From Candidatus Methylomirabilis limnetica (GTDB lineage: Bacteria; Methylomirabilota; Methylomirabilia; Methylomirabilales; Methylomirabilaceae), in assembly GCF_003044035.1 (NCBI RefSeq), contig NZ_NVQC01000026.1, positions 39,764 to 71,763 on the forward strand: 32,000 nucleotides of DNA, written 5' to 3'. Below the pieces are notes generated by a model that did no database searches, was not told where the DNA came from, and saw only the letters and a list, made by a program, of their open reading frames with translations. This document shows positions 1 to 10,293 of this stretch, in pieces. How positions within the stretch are numbered: the first letter of the stretch is position 1; every line of letters starts with the position of its first letter. Position numbers and translations under genes: made by a program.

Positions 1-1723
1 CGAGCATCTGCTCCAGCCGCGGATTGGCATACAGGAACACGCCGTCCTGGGTAATGTAGATGCCGGTCAGCGACTGCTCGATCAAGCCGCGAAAGCGCTT
101 CTCACTCTCCTCAAGGGACTGCTCCTGCCGCCTGCGCTCGCTGATGTCCCCGATGATGCCGGTGACGAACCAGCCCCCGGCGCTCTCCCATCGGGCGAGC
201 GTGAGTTCCAGCGGAAACTCGCTTCCGTCCTGGCGCAGTCCATGCAATTCGACCGTCTTCCCGGCGAGGCGCGGCTCCGCGCCGGAACGGATGCGATGCA
301 TCCCCGCGAGATGCCCTTCGCGGTAGCGCTCCGGTATCAGCAGGGTCATGGGCTGCCCCATCGCCTGCGCTTCGGTATAGCCGAAGATGATCTCGGCGCC
401 GCGGTTCCAGCCCGCGATATTGCCCGCGCTGTCCGAAGTGATGATGGCTTCATAGGCGGACTGAGTGATCGCCAGGCTGCGTGCCTCGCTTTCGCGCAGC
501 GCCGCCTCGCCACGCTTGCGCTCGGTGATGTCGCACAGGAAACACACGAACATCCCGTCCTCTCCGGAACGGAACTGCACGCTGACTTCGACGTCGAACA
601 CGCTCCCGTCCTTGCGGCGATGCTTCGTTTCGAAACGGTCCTCACCCTGCCCCACGATCTTCTGCAGGTGTTCGGCGGTGTCCCTAGCCGTTTCGACGGC
701 CTCCAGGTCGGAAATCCGCAGGCTCAGCAGCTCCTCGATGCTGTAGCCGCTCATCCGGATATAAGCCTCGTTGACTTCCAGCAGGCGCCCCTGCGTGTCC
801 ACCATCCAGAAGCCGTCCATGGCTGTCATGAGAACGGCCTGGTGCCGCGCCGCGCTCGCCCGCAGCGCCTCCTCCGCCTGCTTGCGCTCGGTGACGTCAA
901 TAACGATGGAATGCAGCAACAGGCGGCCGCCCGCTCCCTGCGCCGGAATCGGGCTGCTGTATACCTCGACGTCGCGCACTTCGCCATTGGCCAGGCGGTG
1001 GCGGAAGTCGAAGTGCGTTTTGCGCAGCGTGCGTGCCCGCTCCATTTCCGCCTGCACCTCGTCCACGGAGAGCACATTGATGTCCTTGATGTTCATCGCC
1101 TGCAGCCGCGCCGGATCGAAGCCGTAGTAATCGCAGGCGGCGCTATTGGCTTTCACGATGCGCCCGTCGGCCGGATCGATCAGCAACTTGACGACGCAGC
1201 TCTCGGCGAAAACGCTGCGGTAACGCGCTTCGCTCTCGCGCAGGGATCGGCTTGCCGTCTCCAGTTCCGCGGTGCGCTCGGCGACGCGGTGCTCCAGCGT
1301 CTCGTTTGCCGTGCGCAACTGGATTTCCAGGCGTTTGCGCTCGATCGCGTAACGCAGCGTGCGCTCGATGAGCGCGCCGCCTGATTCGCCTTTGACGAGG
1401 TAATCCTGCGCGCCAAGCTTGATCGCCCTCGAGCCGGCATGCGGTTCGTGCGACCCCGTCATCACCACCAGCGGCAGCGCCGGGGCGCGGTCCATGATCG
1501 CCTGCGCCGTGGCCAGCCCATCGCTGTCGGGCAGGCAAAGGTCGCACAGTACGGCGTCGAATGGCTCCGCGGCGATGCGTGCCAGCGCATCGGCCAGCCG
1601 CTCGACGCTGGTAATGGCGAACGCGCCCGGCGCCTGTTCGTCGAGCGCGGTGCGCAGCAGCAGCGCATCGCCCGGGTTGTCCTCGATCAGCAGCACGCGC
1701 AAGGCAGGCAGGGGCGTATCCAT
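1..1723 (-). CDS. Response-regulator receiver fused to tandem PAS domains (N-terminus complete; C-terminus runs off the left edge)
   Basis: Own reverse-strand translation from ATG at 1723-1721. MDTPLPALRVLLIEDNPGDALLLRTAL...FDAVLCDLCLPDSDG...KLGAQDYLVKG is a CheY-type receiver. A coiled-coil linker follows, then three PAS-like modules each closing with a D(V/I)(T/S)ER(K/R) block (IVIDVTERKQ, FLCDITERKR, IIGDISERRR), and the start of a fourth. The frame stays open to base 1, so it is missing from the supplied ORF track. It starts 4 nt after the stop of the upstream CheY-like gene. Confidence 0.85.
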   Translation of the reverse strand, partial: MDTPLPALRVLLIEDNPGDALLLRTALDEQAPGAFAITSVERLADALARIAAEPFDAVLCDLCLPDSDGLATAQAIMDRAPALPLVVMTGSHEPHAGSRAIKLGAQDYLVKGESGGALIERTLRYAIERKRLEIQLRTANETLEHRVAERTAELETASRSLRESEARYRSVFAESCVVKLLIDPADGRIVKANSAACDYYGFDPARLQAMNIKDINVLSVDEVQAEMERARTLRKTHFDFRHRLANGEVRDVEVYSSPIPAQGAGGRLLLHSIVIDVTERKQAEEALRASAARHQAVLMTAMDGFWMVDTQGRLLEVNEAYIRMSGYSIEELLSLRISDLEAVETARDTAEHLQKIVGQGEDRFETKHRRKDGSVFDVEVSVQFRSGEDGMFVCFLCDITERKRGEAALRESEARSLAITQSAYEAIITSDSAGNIAGWNRGAEIIFGYTEAQAMGQPMTLLIPERYREGHLAGMHRIRSGAEPRLAGKTVELHGLRQDGSEFPLELTLARWESAGGWFVTGIIGDISERRRQEQSLEESEKRFRGLIEQSLTGIYITQDGVFLYANPRLEQML

Positions 1724-1727
1724 GGTT

Positions 1728-2177
1728 CTATCCTTTGGGCAAGACCACGACCTTGATCCAGAACTCTTCGATCTGGGCGACGATCTTCATGAACTGCGCC
1801 AGATCCACCGGCTTGGTCACGTAGCAGTTCGCATGCAGGTCGTAGGCGCGCAGCACGTCTTCCTCGGCGCGCGAAGTGGTCAGGACCACCACCGGGATGC
1901 GCTTGAGCGCGGGATCGGCTTTCACTTCGGCCAGCACCGCGCGCCCGTCCTTCTTCGGCAGGTTCAGGTCGAGCAGGATCAGATCCGGCCGCGGCGCATC
2001 GCCGAAGCGGCCTTCGCGGCGCAGGAACTGCATCGCCTCGACGCCGTCCTCGACGACGTGGATGCGGTTGCTCATCTTGGCTTCGCGCATCGCCTCGATG
2101 GTGAGGCGGGCGTCGCCAGGGTTGTCTTCCACCAGCAGGATTTCGATCGAACGGGCGTTGACTTCATTGGAACTCAT
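1728..2177 (-). CDS. Single-domain CheY-like response regulator
   Basis: 149-aa ORF with a complete receiver signature: [43 protein letters not shown] Shine-Dalgarno lies a few nt upstream of ATG 2177. Confidence 0.9.
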   Translation of the reverse strand: MSSNEVNARSIEILLVEDNPGDARLTIEAMREAKMSNRIHVVEDGVEAMQFLRREGRFGDAPRPDLILLDLNLPKKDGRAVLAEVKADPALKRIPVVVLTTSRAEEDVLRAYDLHANCYVTKPVDLAQFMKIVAQIEEFWIKVVVLPKG

Positions 2178-2200
2178 GGGAGTTTCTCCTCAGGTTGCGG

Positions 2201-2396
2201 ATTCAGAATTCAGAATTCAGAATTCAGAATCCAGAATCCTACTACTGACTCCTGCCTCCTGCCTCCTGACTACTGCCTCCTGACTCCTGCCTCCTGACTC
2301 CTGCCTCCTGCCTCCTGACTACTGCCTCCTGCCTCCTGCCTCCTGACTACTGCCTCCTGACTCCTGCCTCCTGACTCCTGCCTCCTGCCTCCTGAA
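2201..2396. repeat. Heptanucleotide tandem array, 28 units in perfect phase
   Basis: Read directly. Plus strand is 4x ATTCAGA, ATCCAGA, ATCCTAC, then 22 units of TCCTGCC/TCCTGAC/TACTGCC, ending in ATTTT. It fills the whole gap between the four-helix-bundle gene and the CheY-like gene. Confidence 0.95.
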
Positions 2397-2404
2397 TTTT
2401 GAAT

Positions 2405-2770
2405 TCAGGAGTCAGAATTCCGGATGGTGCGCGAATAGGCTTCAAGCAGTTTGCTGACTTCTTCAAGCAACGGTATCAATTTGGAAACATCGCCGTAATC
2501 AAGGTCCATGGTGAGAATCAAATAGTATCGGGATTCTTCGAGGGAACCTTGTGCGATGTTGTAAAAGCGGAGTTTGTCTTCTGTTCCGCGTTTCTTGAAT
2601 CCTTCCGCAATGTTTGCCGCAACGGAGACGGCCGCGCGTCGAAATTGAGACGACAGACCATAGGCCTCAGTTCGCGGGAATGTCCAGGACAAACGATAGG
2701 CCGCAAGTACAAACTGGTGGGCCTTTTGCCACACCACCAAGTCCTCAAAGCGCGTCGCCGGCGACCTCAT
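2405..2770 (-). CDS. Four-helix-bundle protein (23S rRNA intervening-sequence protein / Avd-like family)
   Basis: 121-aa ORF. The blocks FEDLVVWQKAHQF, SQFRRAAVSVAANIAEGF and FYNIAQGSLEESRYYL are the hallmark blocks of this family. GAGGAG Shine-Dalgarno upstream of ATG 2770. The gene is visibly more AT-rich than its neighbours. Confidence 0.85.
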   Translation of the reverse strand: MRSPATRFEDLVVWQKAHQFVLAAYRLSWTFPRTEAYGLSSQFRRAAVSVAANIAEGFKKRGTEDKLRFYNIAQGSLEESRYYLILTMDLDYGDVSKLIPLLEEVSKLLEAYSRTIRNSDS

Positions 2771-2789
2771 GCTGACTCCTCAATTTTGA

Positions 2790-2887
2790 ATCCAGAATTC
2801 AGAATTCAGAATTCAGCCTCCTGACTCCTGACTCCTGCCTCCTGACTCCTGACTCCTGACTCCTGCCTCCTGACTCCTGACTCCTGA

Positions 2888-2915
<28 letters not shown>
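2790..2915. repeat. Heptanucleotide tandem array, 18 units, same architecture as 2201-2396
   Basis: Plus strand is ATCCAGA, 2x ATTCAGA, ATTCAGC, then 14 units of CTCCTGA/CTCCTGC/CTACTGC, ending in ATTTT. It overlaps the last ~9 codons and the stop of the histidine-kinase ORF. Confidence 0.95.
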
Positions 2916-5500
<2,585 letters not shown>

Positions 5501-5860
5501 TTCTATTTTGACCCTGCACTTTTTCGGAGACCTGATATTGACCTATATCAATGGTTGTCTCTTTTTCACGGGCTCATGCGGTTGCATAGCGGCGGCGTGC
5601 CGAAGGTTTCGCAAAACAAATTGATAAGAAATCGCTTTTCGGGCGGTACGGGCACGCGCCCGTGGAGGCCGCAGGAAGAAGCGCACTCATGGGGGAAAGT
5701 GTGTGGGAATCATGTTGGAGAGTCAAGCTTAAAGTGGGATCACGCGTGTTGCGGCGCCGAGGCCGATCTGAATACCGACGCGGACCCGGCGTGCTGCGAG
5801 CAGGGCCGCACGTCGGCAGACCGCTCCTGTCGCGATGGTCTAATCCGTTCGCGTCCATCA

Positions 5861-6100
5861 TCACCGGTTCAGTGTCGTCATCCGGACAGGGTCATCGAGC
5901 CAGGGTTCGATGACCCTGTCCGCCATCTCAGGCGATGCTCTTGCTGAAGAGACGCGCACACCCTGTTGCCACACTCCGAGATGGCGAAGGATGCGCTCGA
6001 TGACCTGCCGGTCCTCACTGAGCGAGACGAGCCGCCTGTCCCGCTGACACGTCGGACAGAGCAAGAGGATCCGCGTCTCAGACTGTCTTGATGAGTTCAC
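5861..6100 (-). pseudogene. Relic of an IS91-family (rolling-circle) transposase, C-terminal ~70 aa only
   Basis: The 79-aa ORF contains LLLCPTCQRDRRLVSLSEDRQVIERILRHLGVW. This matches the characteristic IS91/IS801/IS1294 C-terminal pattern C-P-x-C-...-R-(I/V)-(I/L)-A-x-I-E-D-x-x-V-I-x-x-I-L-x-H-L-G-L-W. No upstream HUH/Y2 catalytic region is present in any frame. Confidence 0.5.
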
Positions 6101-6200
6101 GCCATGTCTCCCGAGGGGATCCGGCGGGGTTGGTGTTCCGATACATCGATCACCTCCACGGTCGTGCCGGCGGCAAAGAAGGGATCGAGGTAGTGCGGCC

Positions 6201-6225
6201 CCCTTCGACGAAGCTCAGGACAGGC
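6201..6225 (+). repeat. REP-like 25-nt motif CCCTTCGACGAAGCTCAGGACAGGC (copy 1 of 3)
   Basis: Near-identical motif at 28706-28729 (same strand) and 26239-26264 (opposite strand). This is the source of the spurious KLRTG-type peptides in the ORF track. It abuts the stop codon of the inositol-phosphate synthase gene. Confidence 0.8.
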
Positions 6226-7599
6226 TCAAGCCCCGCCCATGCCTGCTCGATAGGCATCTCCGGATTCGTAGTAATCAAGCCCGGAGTGGTCAAGTACCTC
6301 TTCCCCGACCAGGATGCGCAAGGTATTTGTCAGCTTTAGATGTTGGATGAACAGGTCATGCTCCGGCTGCAGGTCCACTCGGGCCATCGGAGACTTGAAG
6401 TAGAACGAGAGCCACTCCTGAATGCCCGATAATCCGGCCCGTTGGGCCAGGTCCAGAAACAGTGCCAGATCAAGGGCTACCGGCGCTGCCAGGATGGAGT
6501 CCCGACAGAGGAAGTTGATCTTGATCTGCATCGGCTGACCGAGCCAACCGAAGATGTCGATGTTATCCCACCCCTCTTTAGCATCGCCCCGCGGCGGATA
6601 ATATTCAATGCGGACCTTGTGGAACACCTTGCCATACAGATCCGGATAGAGCTCCGGCTGCAGGATCGCGCCCAGCACCGAGCTCTTGCTCACCTCCTTG
6701 GTTCTGAACGATCCCTGATCATCCAGCACCTCGCCGTCCCGGTTCCCCAGGATGTTGGTGGAAAACCAGCCGGTCAGCCCCAGCATCTTGGCCTTCAGCC
6801 CTGGCGCGACCACGGTTTTCAGAAAGGTCTGGCCCGTCTTGAAGTCCTTCCCGGCGATCGGGACGTGCCTTTTGTGAGCGTACTCTACCAGCGCCGGGAT
6901 ATCCACAGCCAGGTTGGGTGAGCCATTCGCAAAGGGCACGCCAGCCGAGATAGCGGCATAGGTATAGATCATGCACGGGGAGATTTCCGGGGCGTTCGCC
7001 TTGAGGCCAGCTTCAAAGGCCTCGATCGTCTCGTGCACGGGGGACGGCTGCATGAAGACCTCTGTTGATCCACACCAGACCATCACGACACGCTGGACCC
7101 CCTCTCTCCGACGGAAGGCCTCGATATCTTCGATCAGCATATCCGCCAGGTGTTTCTTGGTCGGGCCGGCTTTAAGGTGCGGCCCCGACAACCTCCGCAC
7201 ATAGGCCTGCTCGAAGACCGCTGGCCACGGCCTGACGGATTCCAGTTGGTCTTTGACCTGGTCCAGCAACTCCCTGGACAGAACCCCGGCATGGCATGCG
7301 ATCTGATAGGCGTTCTCAGGAAAGATGTCCCAGCCACCGAAGACCAGATCGTTAAGATTAGTGAGGGGGACCACCTCCTTGATCAGGGCAAACCGAGGGT
7401 TGGTCCGCTTGCCCAGGCGCATCCGCTGCATCTGCGTGAGGGAACCGTGCGGTTGGGCAAGACCTTTGTTGATCAGGTGGACCCCTGCGATAAGGGTAGT
7501 GGCCACCGCACCCAACCCCGGGAGCAGCACCCCAAGCGTACCTGTGGCCGGCTTGATCGCCCTGATCAGTTCCGGATAGAGAGAACTCTTTTCGCTCAT
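6226..7599 (-). CDS. ino1: myo-Inositol-1-phosphate synthase
   Basis: A Rossmann start (GVLLPGLGAVATTLIAG) plus conserved blocks ANGSPNLAVDIP, GKDFKTGQT, FSTNILGNRDG and IEYYPPRGDAKEGWDNID. I place the start at ATG 7599 (MSEKSSLYPE...), which overlaps the upstream stop as ATGA. The 110-aa N-terminal extension in the ORF track lies inside the upstream gene and looks non-coding. Confidence 0.9.
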   Translation of the reverse strand: MSEKSSLYPELIRAIKPATGTLGVLLPGLGAVATTLIAGVHLINKGLAQPHGSLTQMQRMRLGKRTNPRFALIKEVVPLTNLNDLVFGGWDIFPENAYQIACHAGVLSRELLDQVKDQLESVRPWPAVFEQAYVRRLSGPHLKAGPTKKHLADMLIEDIEAFRRREGVQRVVMVWCGSTEVFMQPSPVHETIEAFEAGLKANAPEISPCMIYTYAAISAGVPFANGSPNLAVDIPALVEYAHKRHVPIAGKDFKTGQTFLKTVVAPGLKAKMLGLTGWFSTNILGNRDGEVLDDQGSFRTKEVSKSSVLGAILQPELYPDLYGKVFHKVRIEYYPPRGDAKEGWDNIDIFGWLGQPMQIKINFLCRDSILAAPVALDLALFLDLAQRAGLSGIQEWLSFYFKSPMARVDLQPEHDLFIQHLKLTNTLRILVGEEVLDHSGLDYYESGDAYRAGMGGA

Positions 7600-8822
7600 G
7601 CCTTTACCCTTTCCCTGCGTGAGGTCCACAGCAATATGAAGAAAAAGAGCGGCGCACCGAAGGCGGCCAGAACCAAAAACCAATGAGCCTTTCCTAGTGC
7701 CGATAGGATGACGACAAGGTAGATGAAATCCCGCTTTGCGAGGGCATCGGCAAGAGTGATAAGGCGGGATGGGGCCTCGGAGTTGGTGACGGAGGTAAAG
7801 AGCGGCCCCTCTGAGACCTTGTTCCGCATGGTCTGTCGGTAGACGAGACCGGCTGACAGGAGGGTGCCGATCACCGCGGAAACCGCTAAGACCAAGGGGG
7901 CAGGAGCCTTGATGGCCATCTGCCATCCCAAGCCGATGCAGACAAAGACTACCGAGTGTACAACATTATCTCCCCAGAAGTCCAGGATGCCGCCCAGGCG
8001 AGACTCCAGATACTTGAGCCTGGCGATCTCCCCATCGCAGCCGTCCAGGATCGAATGCAAGAGGAACAGGAGCGCGCCGGTCAGTTGATACGCTGGTATG
8101 GACGAGAGAAAGAACAGGGCCCCCAATAGACCTATCGCCACGCTTACGGCTGTCATCTGGTTCGGGGTGATGTCCGTGCGTACGAGGCATCGGGTGACTG
8201 CCAGTGAAATCTTTCGCTCGAAATGCCTCGACATGAAGCCTTCCGTATCTTTGACCAGACCGCGCAGGAGCCACCGCTCGGCACTACGAAGATCCGCCCG
8301 GTTCGAGACCCGGACCCAGCCGGCACCGTCTATGAGAGCGCCCACTCTTTGGTAGGTCCGCTCCAGTCCGGAGAACACAGACAGATCATCGTCAGCACGC
8401 CCAATCATTGACAGAAGGACCTTGGGGTCAGCCGTCTCAACGGCAGCGATTCCGCTGGCTGGGACATGCATCGTCTCAGCGCGTAACGGCATCTCGGTGA
8501 GATGCGTGAGCAGCGATGGGCGCAGGAGAAGGTCAGAGGCGAGTACCAGGATACGGCTGGAGTGCGGGTGGCCCGTCTGAGTGCAACGCACAGGCAGGTC
8601 GGTGAGCTTCTCTGGAGGAAGCAGTACTGCCCGCGTTCCTGTCAAGAGCCTCGTGAGTCCTGGCCAACCGGTATCCACCACTAGAATCTCATGGCAGCCC
8701 GCTCGGGAGGCGACCATCACCATACGCCGAAGCAACGGGATCCCGGCTACAACGGTATCCGGGGAGATCTCTCCCGAGCCCTTCGTCATCATGATCAGGA
8801 CCGTGGCTCCCTTCATGACCAT
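7596..8822 (-). CDS. IPCT/DIPPS-type fusion: nucleotidyltransferase-like N-domain + CDP-alcohol phosphotransferase membrane domain
   Basis: The C-terminal half has the full CDP-alcohol transferase signature D-G-x2-D-G-x2-A-R-x8-G-x3-D-x3-D (LDGCDGEIARLKYLESRLGGILDFWGDNVVH) and several TM helices. The linker KDTEGFMSRHFERKISLAVTRCLVRTDITPNQMT is typical of the IPCT/DIPPS architecture. The N-domain resembles a MobA-like NTP transferase (AGIPLLRRMVMVASRAGCHEILVV), but its G-x-G-x-R loop reads KGSGEI. Confidence 0.8.
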   Translation of the reverse strand: MVMKGATVLIMMTKGSGEISPDTVVAGIPLLRRMVMVASRAGCHEILVVDTGWPGLTRLLTGTRAVLLPPEKLTDLPVRCTQTGHPHSSRILVLASDLLLRPSLLTHLTEMPLRAETMHVPASGIAAVETADPKVLLSMIGRADDDLSVFSGLERTYQRVGALIDGAGWVRVSNRADLRSAERWLLRGLVKDTEGFMSRHFERKISLAVTRCLVRTDITPNQMTAVSVAIGLLGALFFLSSIPAYQLTGALLFLLHSILDGCDGEIARLKYLESRLGGILDFWGDNVVHSVVFVCIGLGWQMAIKAPAPLVLAVSAVIGTLLSAGLVYRQTMRNKVSEGPLFTSVTNSEAPSRLITLADALAKRDFIYLVVILSALGKAHWFLVLAAFGAPLFFFILLWTSRRERVKA

Positions 8823-8835
8823 ACGTTCACACTGC

Positions 8836-8997
8836 GTAACTACTCAGGTAGATAGGCTGAAGGCTGAAGGCTTTTAGGGGAAAGTCATGCGTGATCATAC
8901 AAAACTCCGAAAAGGTCTTGAATGGCTCGATTCGTGCCTTGCGAGATAATTTAGAACCTTCAGCCTTCAGCCTTCAGCCTAAACACCTTGTAGTTAT
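8836..8997 (+). mobile_element. MITE-like element with heptamer-containing terminal inverted repeats (copy A)
   Basis: The left end is GTAACTACTCAGGTAGATAGGCTGAAGGCTGAAGG. The reverse complement of the right end is ATAACTACAAGGTGTTTAGGCTGAAGGCTGAAGGCTGAAGG. It is flanked by a perfect 8-bp direct repeat CACACTGC (8828-8835 and 8998-9005). A homologous copy in the opposite orientation sits at 20712-20840. Confidence 0.8.
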
Positions 8998-9035
8998 CAC
9001 ACTGCAATGTAAGGGCGCCGCTTGCTGCGCCCTCT

Positions 9036-9059
9036 GGGCAGGGCAAGCCCTGCCCCTAC
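9036..9059 (-). repeat. REP-like GC hairpin GTAGGGGCAGGGCTTGCCCTGCCC
   Basis: Stem GGGCAGGGC / GCCCTGCCC directly after the stop of the oxidoreductase gene. A related copy is at 22131-22185 on the other strand. Confidence 0.7.
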
Positions 9060-10138
9060 ACGGACAAATGCTGGCCCCCTCTGGCGTGCGATTCCTTGGC
9101 ACGGTGCAGAAGTTGTACGCAGTGCGACGCCATGGCGAGGTTCTCTCCGCTCCGCTCAGTGTCCGAAATCTCCTGTAGAAACTCGTCCCTCACCTGGCAG
9201 AACCACTCCGGATGGTGGGAGCCCTGCGAGAGCGGCTGTTCGAATGTCCAGTCCTGCTCGTCCCCGTCGCTTTTTAGAATCAGGGTGCCATCCTCTATCC
9301 GGATGGCCCCACGGGTCCCCTCGATCACAGCGCTATTGCCACGTGAAGACGCGGCCCACGTCAGAAAGATATCGGCCACTGCCTCAGGAAAGTTCACCTG
9401 AACGGTCGCCGTATCCTCAACGGGCCATTCTGGATGCACTCGCTTCTCGAGCGTGGCGGATATCGTCCTCGGGTCTTGACAAAGCCAGCGTAGGATGATG
9501 TACAGGGCGTGCCAACCGTGGTCAAGCAGGATTCCGCCACCCGCCATAGCCGGATCGAGCCGCCAGTTGCCGTGCGCTGCTCCACCTTGACTGGGCTCAG
9601 GACAGCCCTCGACGGAGCCTATGGTGAGCTCAGTCGAACCGCTCAGGACAGGCCCAACCGAGATTGATGGTTCACGACGGAGTACCTGCCAGCTTATGTG
9701 CCGCACTGTCCCGATCTGCCCCTCCAGGATTAAGTCCGTTGCCTTTTTGATGATCGGCGCGTACAGCCAGTTATGGACGGTATGCAGGACTCGCCCGCTT
9801 TCTACTTGCGCACGCCTCACGAGTCGCAGCTCATCGGGAGAGAGCACGAGAGGCTTTTCACATAAGACATGGAGTCCCCGCTGGAGGGCCAGATGGGTGA
9901 TAGATGCGTGGGTTCCGGGGGGCGTGCAGATATCGATAAAATCGAGGGGCTCGGAGGCAAGCAGCGCCTCGACCTCAGTGTAGAGCCTCGCCTTTGGAAG
10001 ACGCCCTCTGGCCTCGACGAGCCGCGGCTCGATGGCATCAGCGGCGGCAACGATCTGGGCCTGCTCGCACCCCTCCCATCCGGGCAGATGCCCATTTACC
10101 GCTACATTTCCCAGGCCGATGATGGCGCCTCTCAACAT
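9056..10138 (-). CDS. Gfo/Idh/MocA-family NAD(P)-dependent oxidoreductase (inositol-dehydrogenase-like)
   Basis: 360-aa ORF with N-terminal Rossmann GAIIGLGNVAVNGHLPG, the family EKP motif (HVLCEKPLV), and C-terminal GGGILLDHGWHALY. Confidence 0.85.
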   Translation of the reverse strand: MLRGAIIGLGNVAVNGHLPGWEGCEQAQIVAAADAIEPRLVEARGRLPKARLYTEVEALLASEPLDFIDICTPPGTHASITHLALQRGLHVLCEKPLVLSPDELRLVRRAQVESGRVLHTVHNWLYAPIIKKATDLILEGQIGTVRHISWQVLRREPSISVGPVLSGSTELTIGSVEGCPEPSQGGAAHGNWRLDPAMAGGGILLDHGWHALYIILRWLCQDPRTISATLEKRVHPEWPVEDTATVQVNFPEAVADIFLTWAASSRGNSAVIEGTRGAIRIEDGTLILKSDGDEQDWTFEQPLSQGSHHPEWFCQVRDEFLQEISDTERSGENLAMASHCVQLLHRAKESHARGGQHLSV

Positions 10139-10146
10139 CTCTTAAA

Positions 10147-10293
10147 GCAGGGTTTAGGGTACAGGGTTTAGGGTTTAGGGAAAAAGTCGATGATTTGCCT
10201 CATCCCTATACCCTTATACGCACACCCTATACCCTGTCCCCTTTACCCTCCACCCTATACCCTGTCTTCATCCCCTATACCCTGTCTTTTCTA
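10147..10293. repeat. Heptamer-armed palindromic element: (GGGNNNN)n left arm, (CCCNNNN)n right arm
   Basis: The left arm GGGTTTAGGGTACAGGGTTTAGGGTTTAGGG spans 10150-10180. The right arm, from 10204 to 10286, is made of CCCTATA / CCCTGTC / CCCTTTA / CCCTCCA units. The ends are AAAGCAGGGT and ACCCTGTCTTTTC. The right end supplies the last codons and the stop of the aminotransferase gene. Confidence 0.9.

Noticed and set aside
2405-2770. The four-helix-bundle protein could be an Avd accessory protein of a diversity-generating retroelement.
   Set aside because: No reverse transcriptase ORF is present. There is no template/variable repeat pair with adenine-specific differences, and no C-type-lectin-like target gene anywhere in the 32 kb. 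The family also has many non-DGR members.
5900-5925. The tRNA-like T-arm motif GGGTTCGATGACCC.
   Set aside because: It has an 8-nt loop and no acceptor, D or anticodon arms around it. It lies inside the IS91 relic reading frame.
6226-7926. Long N-terminal extensions in the ORF track: ino1 to 7926, aminotransferase to 11680, thpR to 18106, lolA to 22221, GGDEF to 20767, rnj to 26297.
   Set aside because: Each extension overlaps the preceding gene or is translated from a repeat element. Each lacks family similarity. In every case an internal start gives a normal N-terminus, often with a Shine-Dalgarno or a 4-nt overlap.
8891-9178. ORFs translated across repeat elements: 8891-9178, 19261-19479, 19292-19921 (N-terminal part), 30835-31029 and 30879-31160.
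   Set aside because: They are composed of MITE/REP sequence and produce the recurrent pseudo-peptides SAFSLQP, AGIQRARLDS and ARNDGPEQ. Some lie antisense to the GGDEF gene. There is no coding signal.
10150-10180. (GGGTTTA)n might be a genuine telomere or the end of a linear replicon.
   Set aside because: The tract is only about four units long, lies internal to a gene cluster between two coupled cistrons, and is paired with an inverted C-rich arm. It fits the local heptamer-element family, not a chromosome end.
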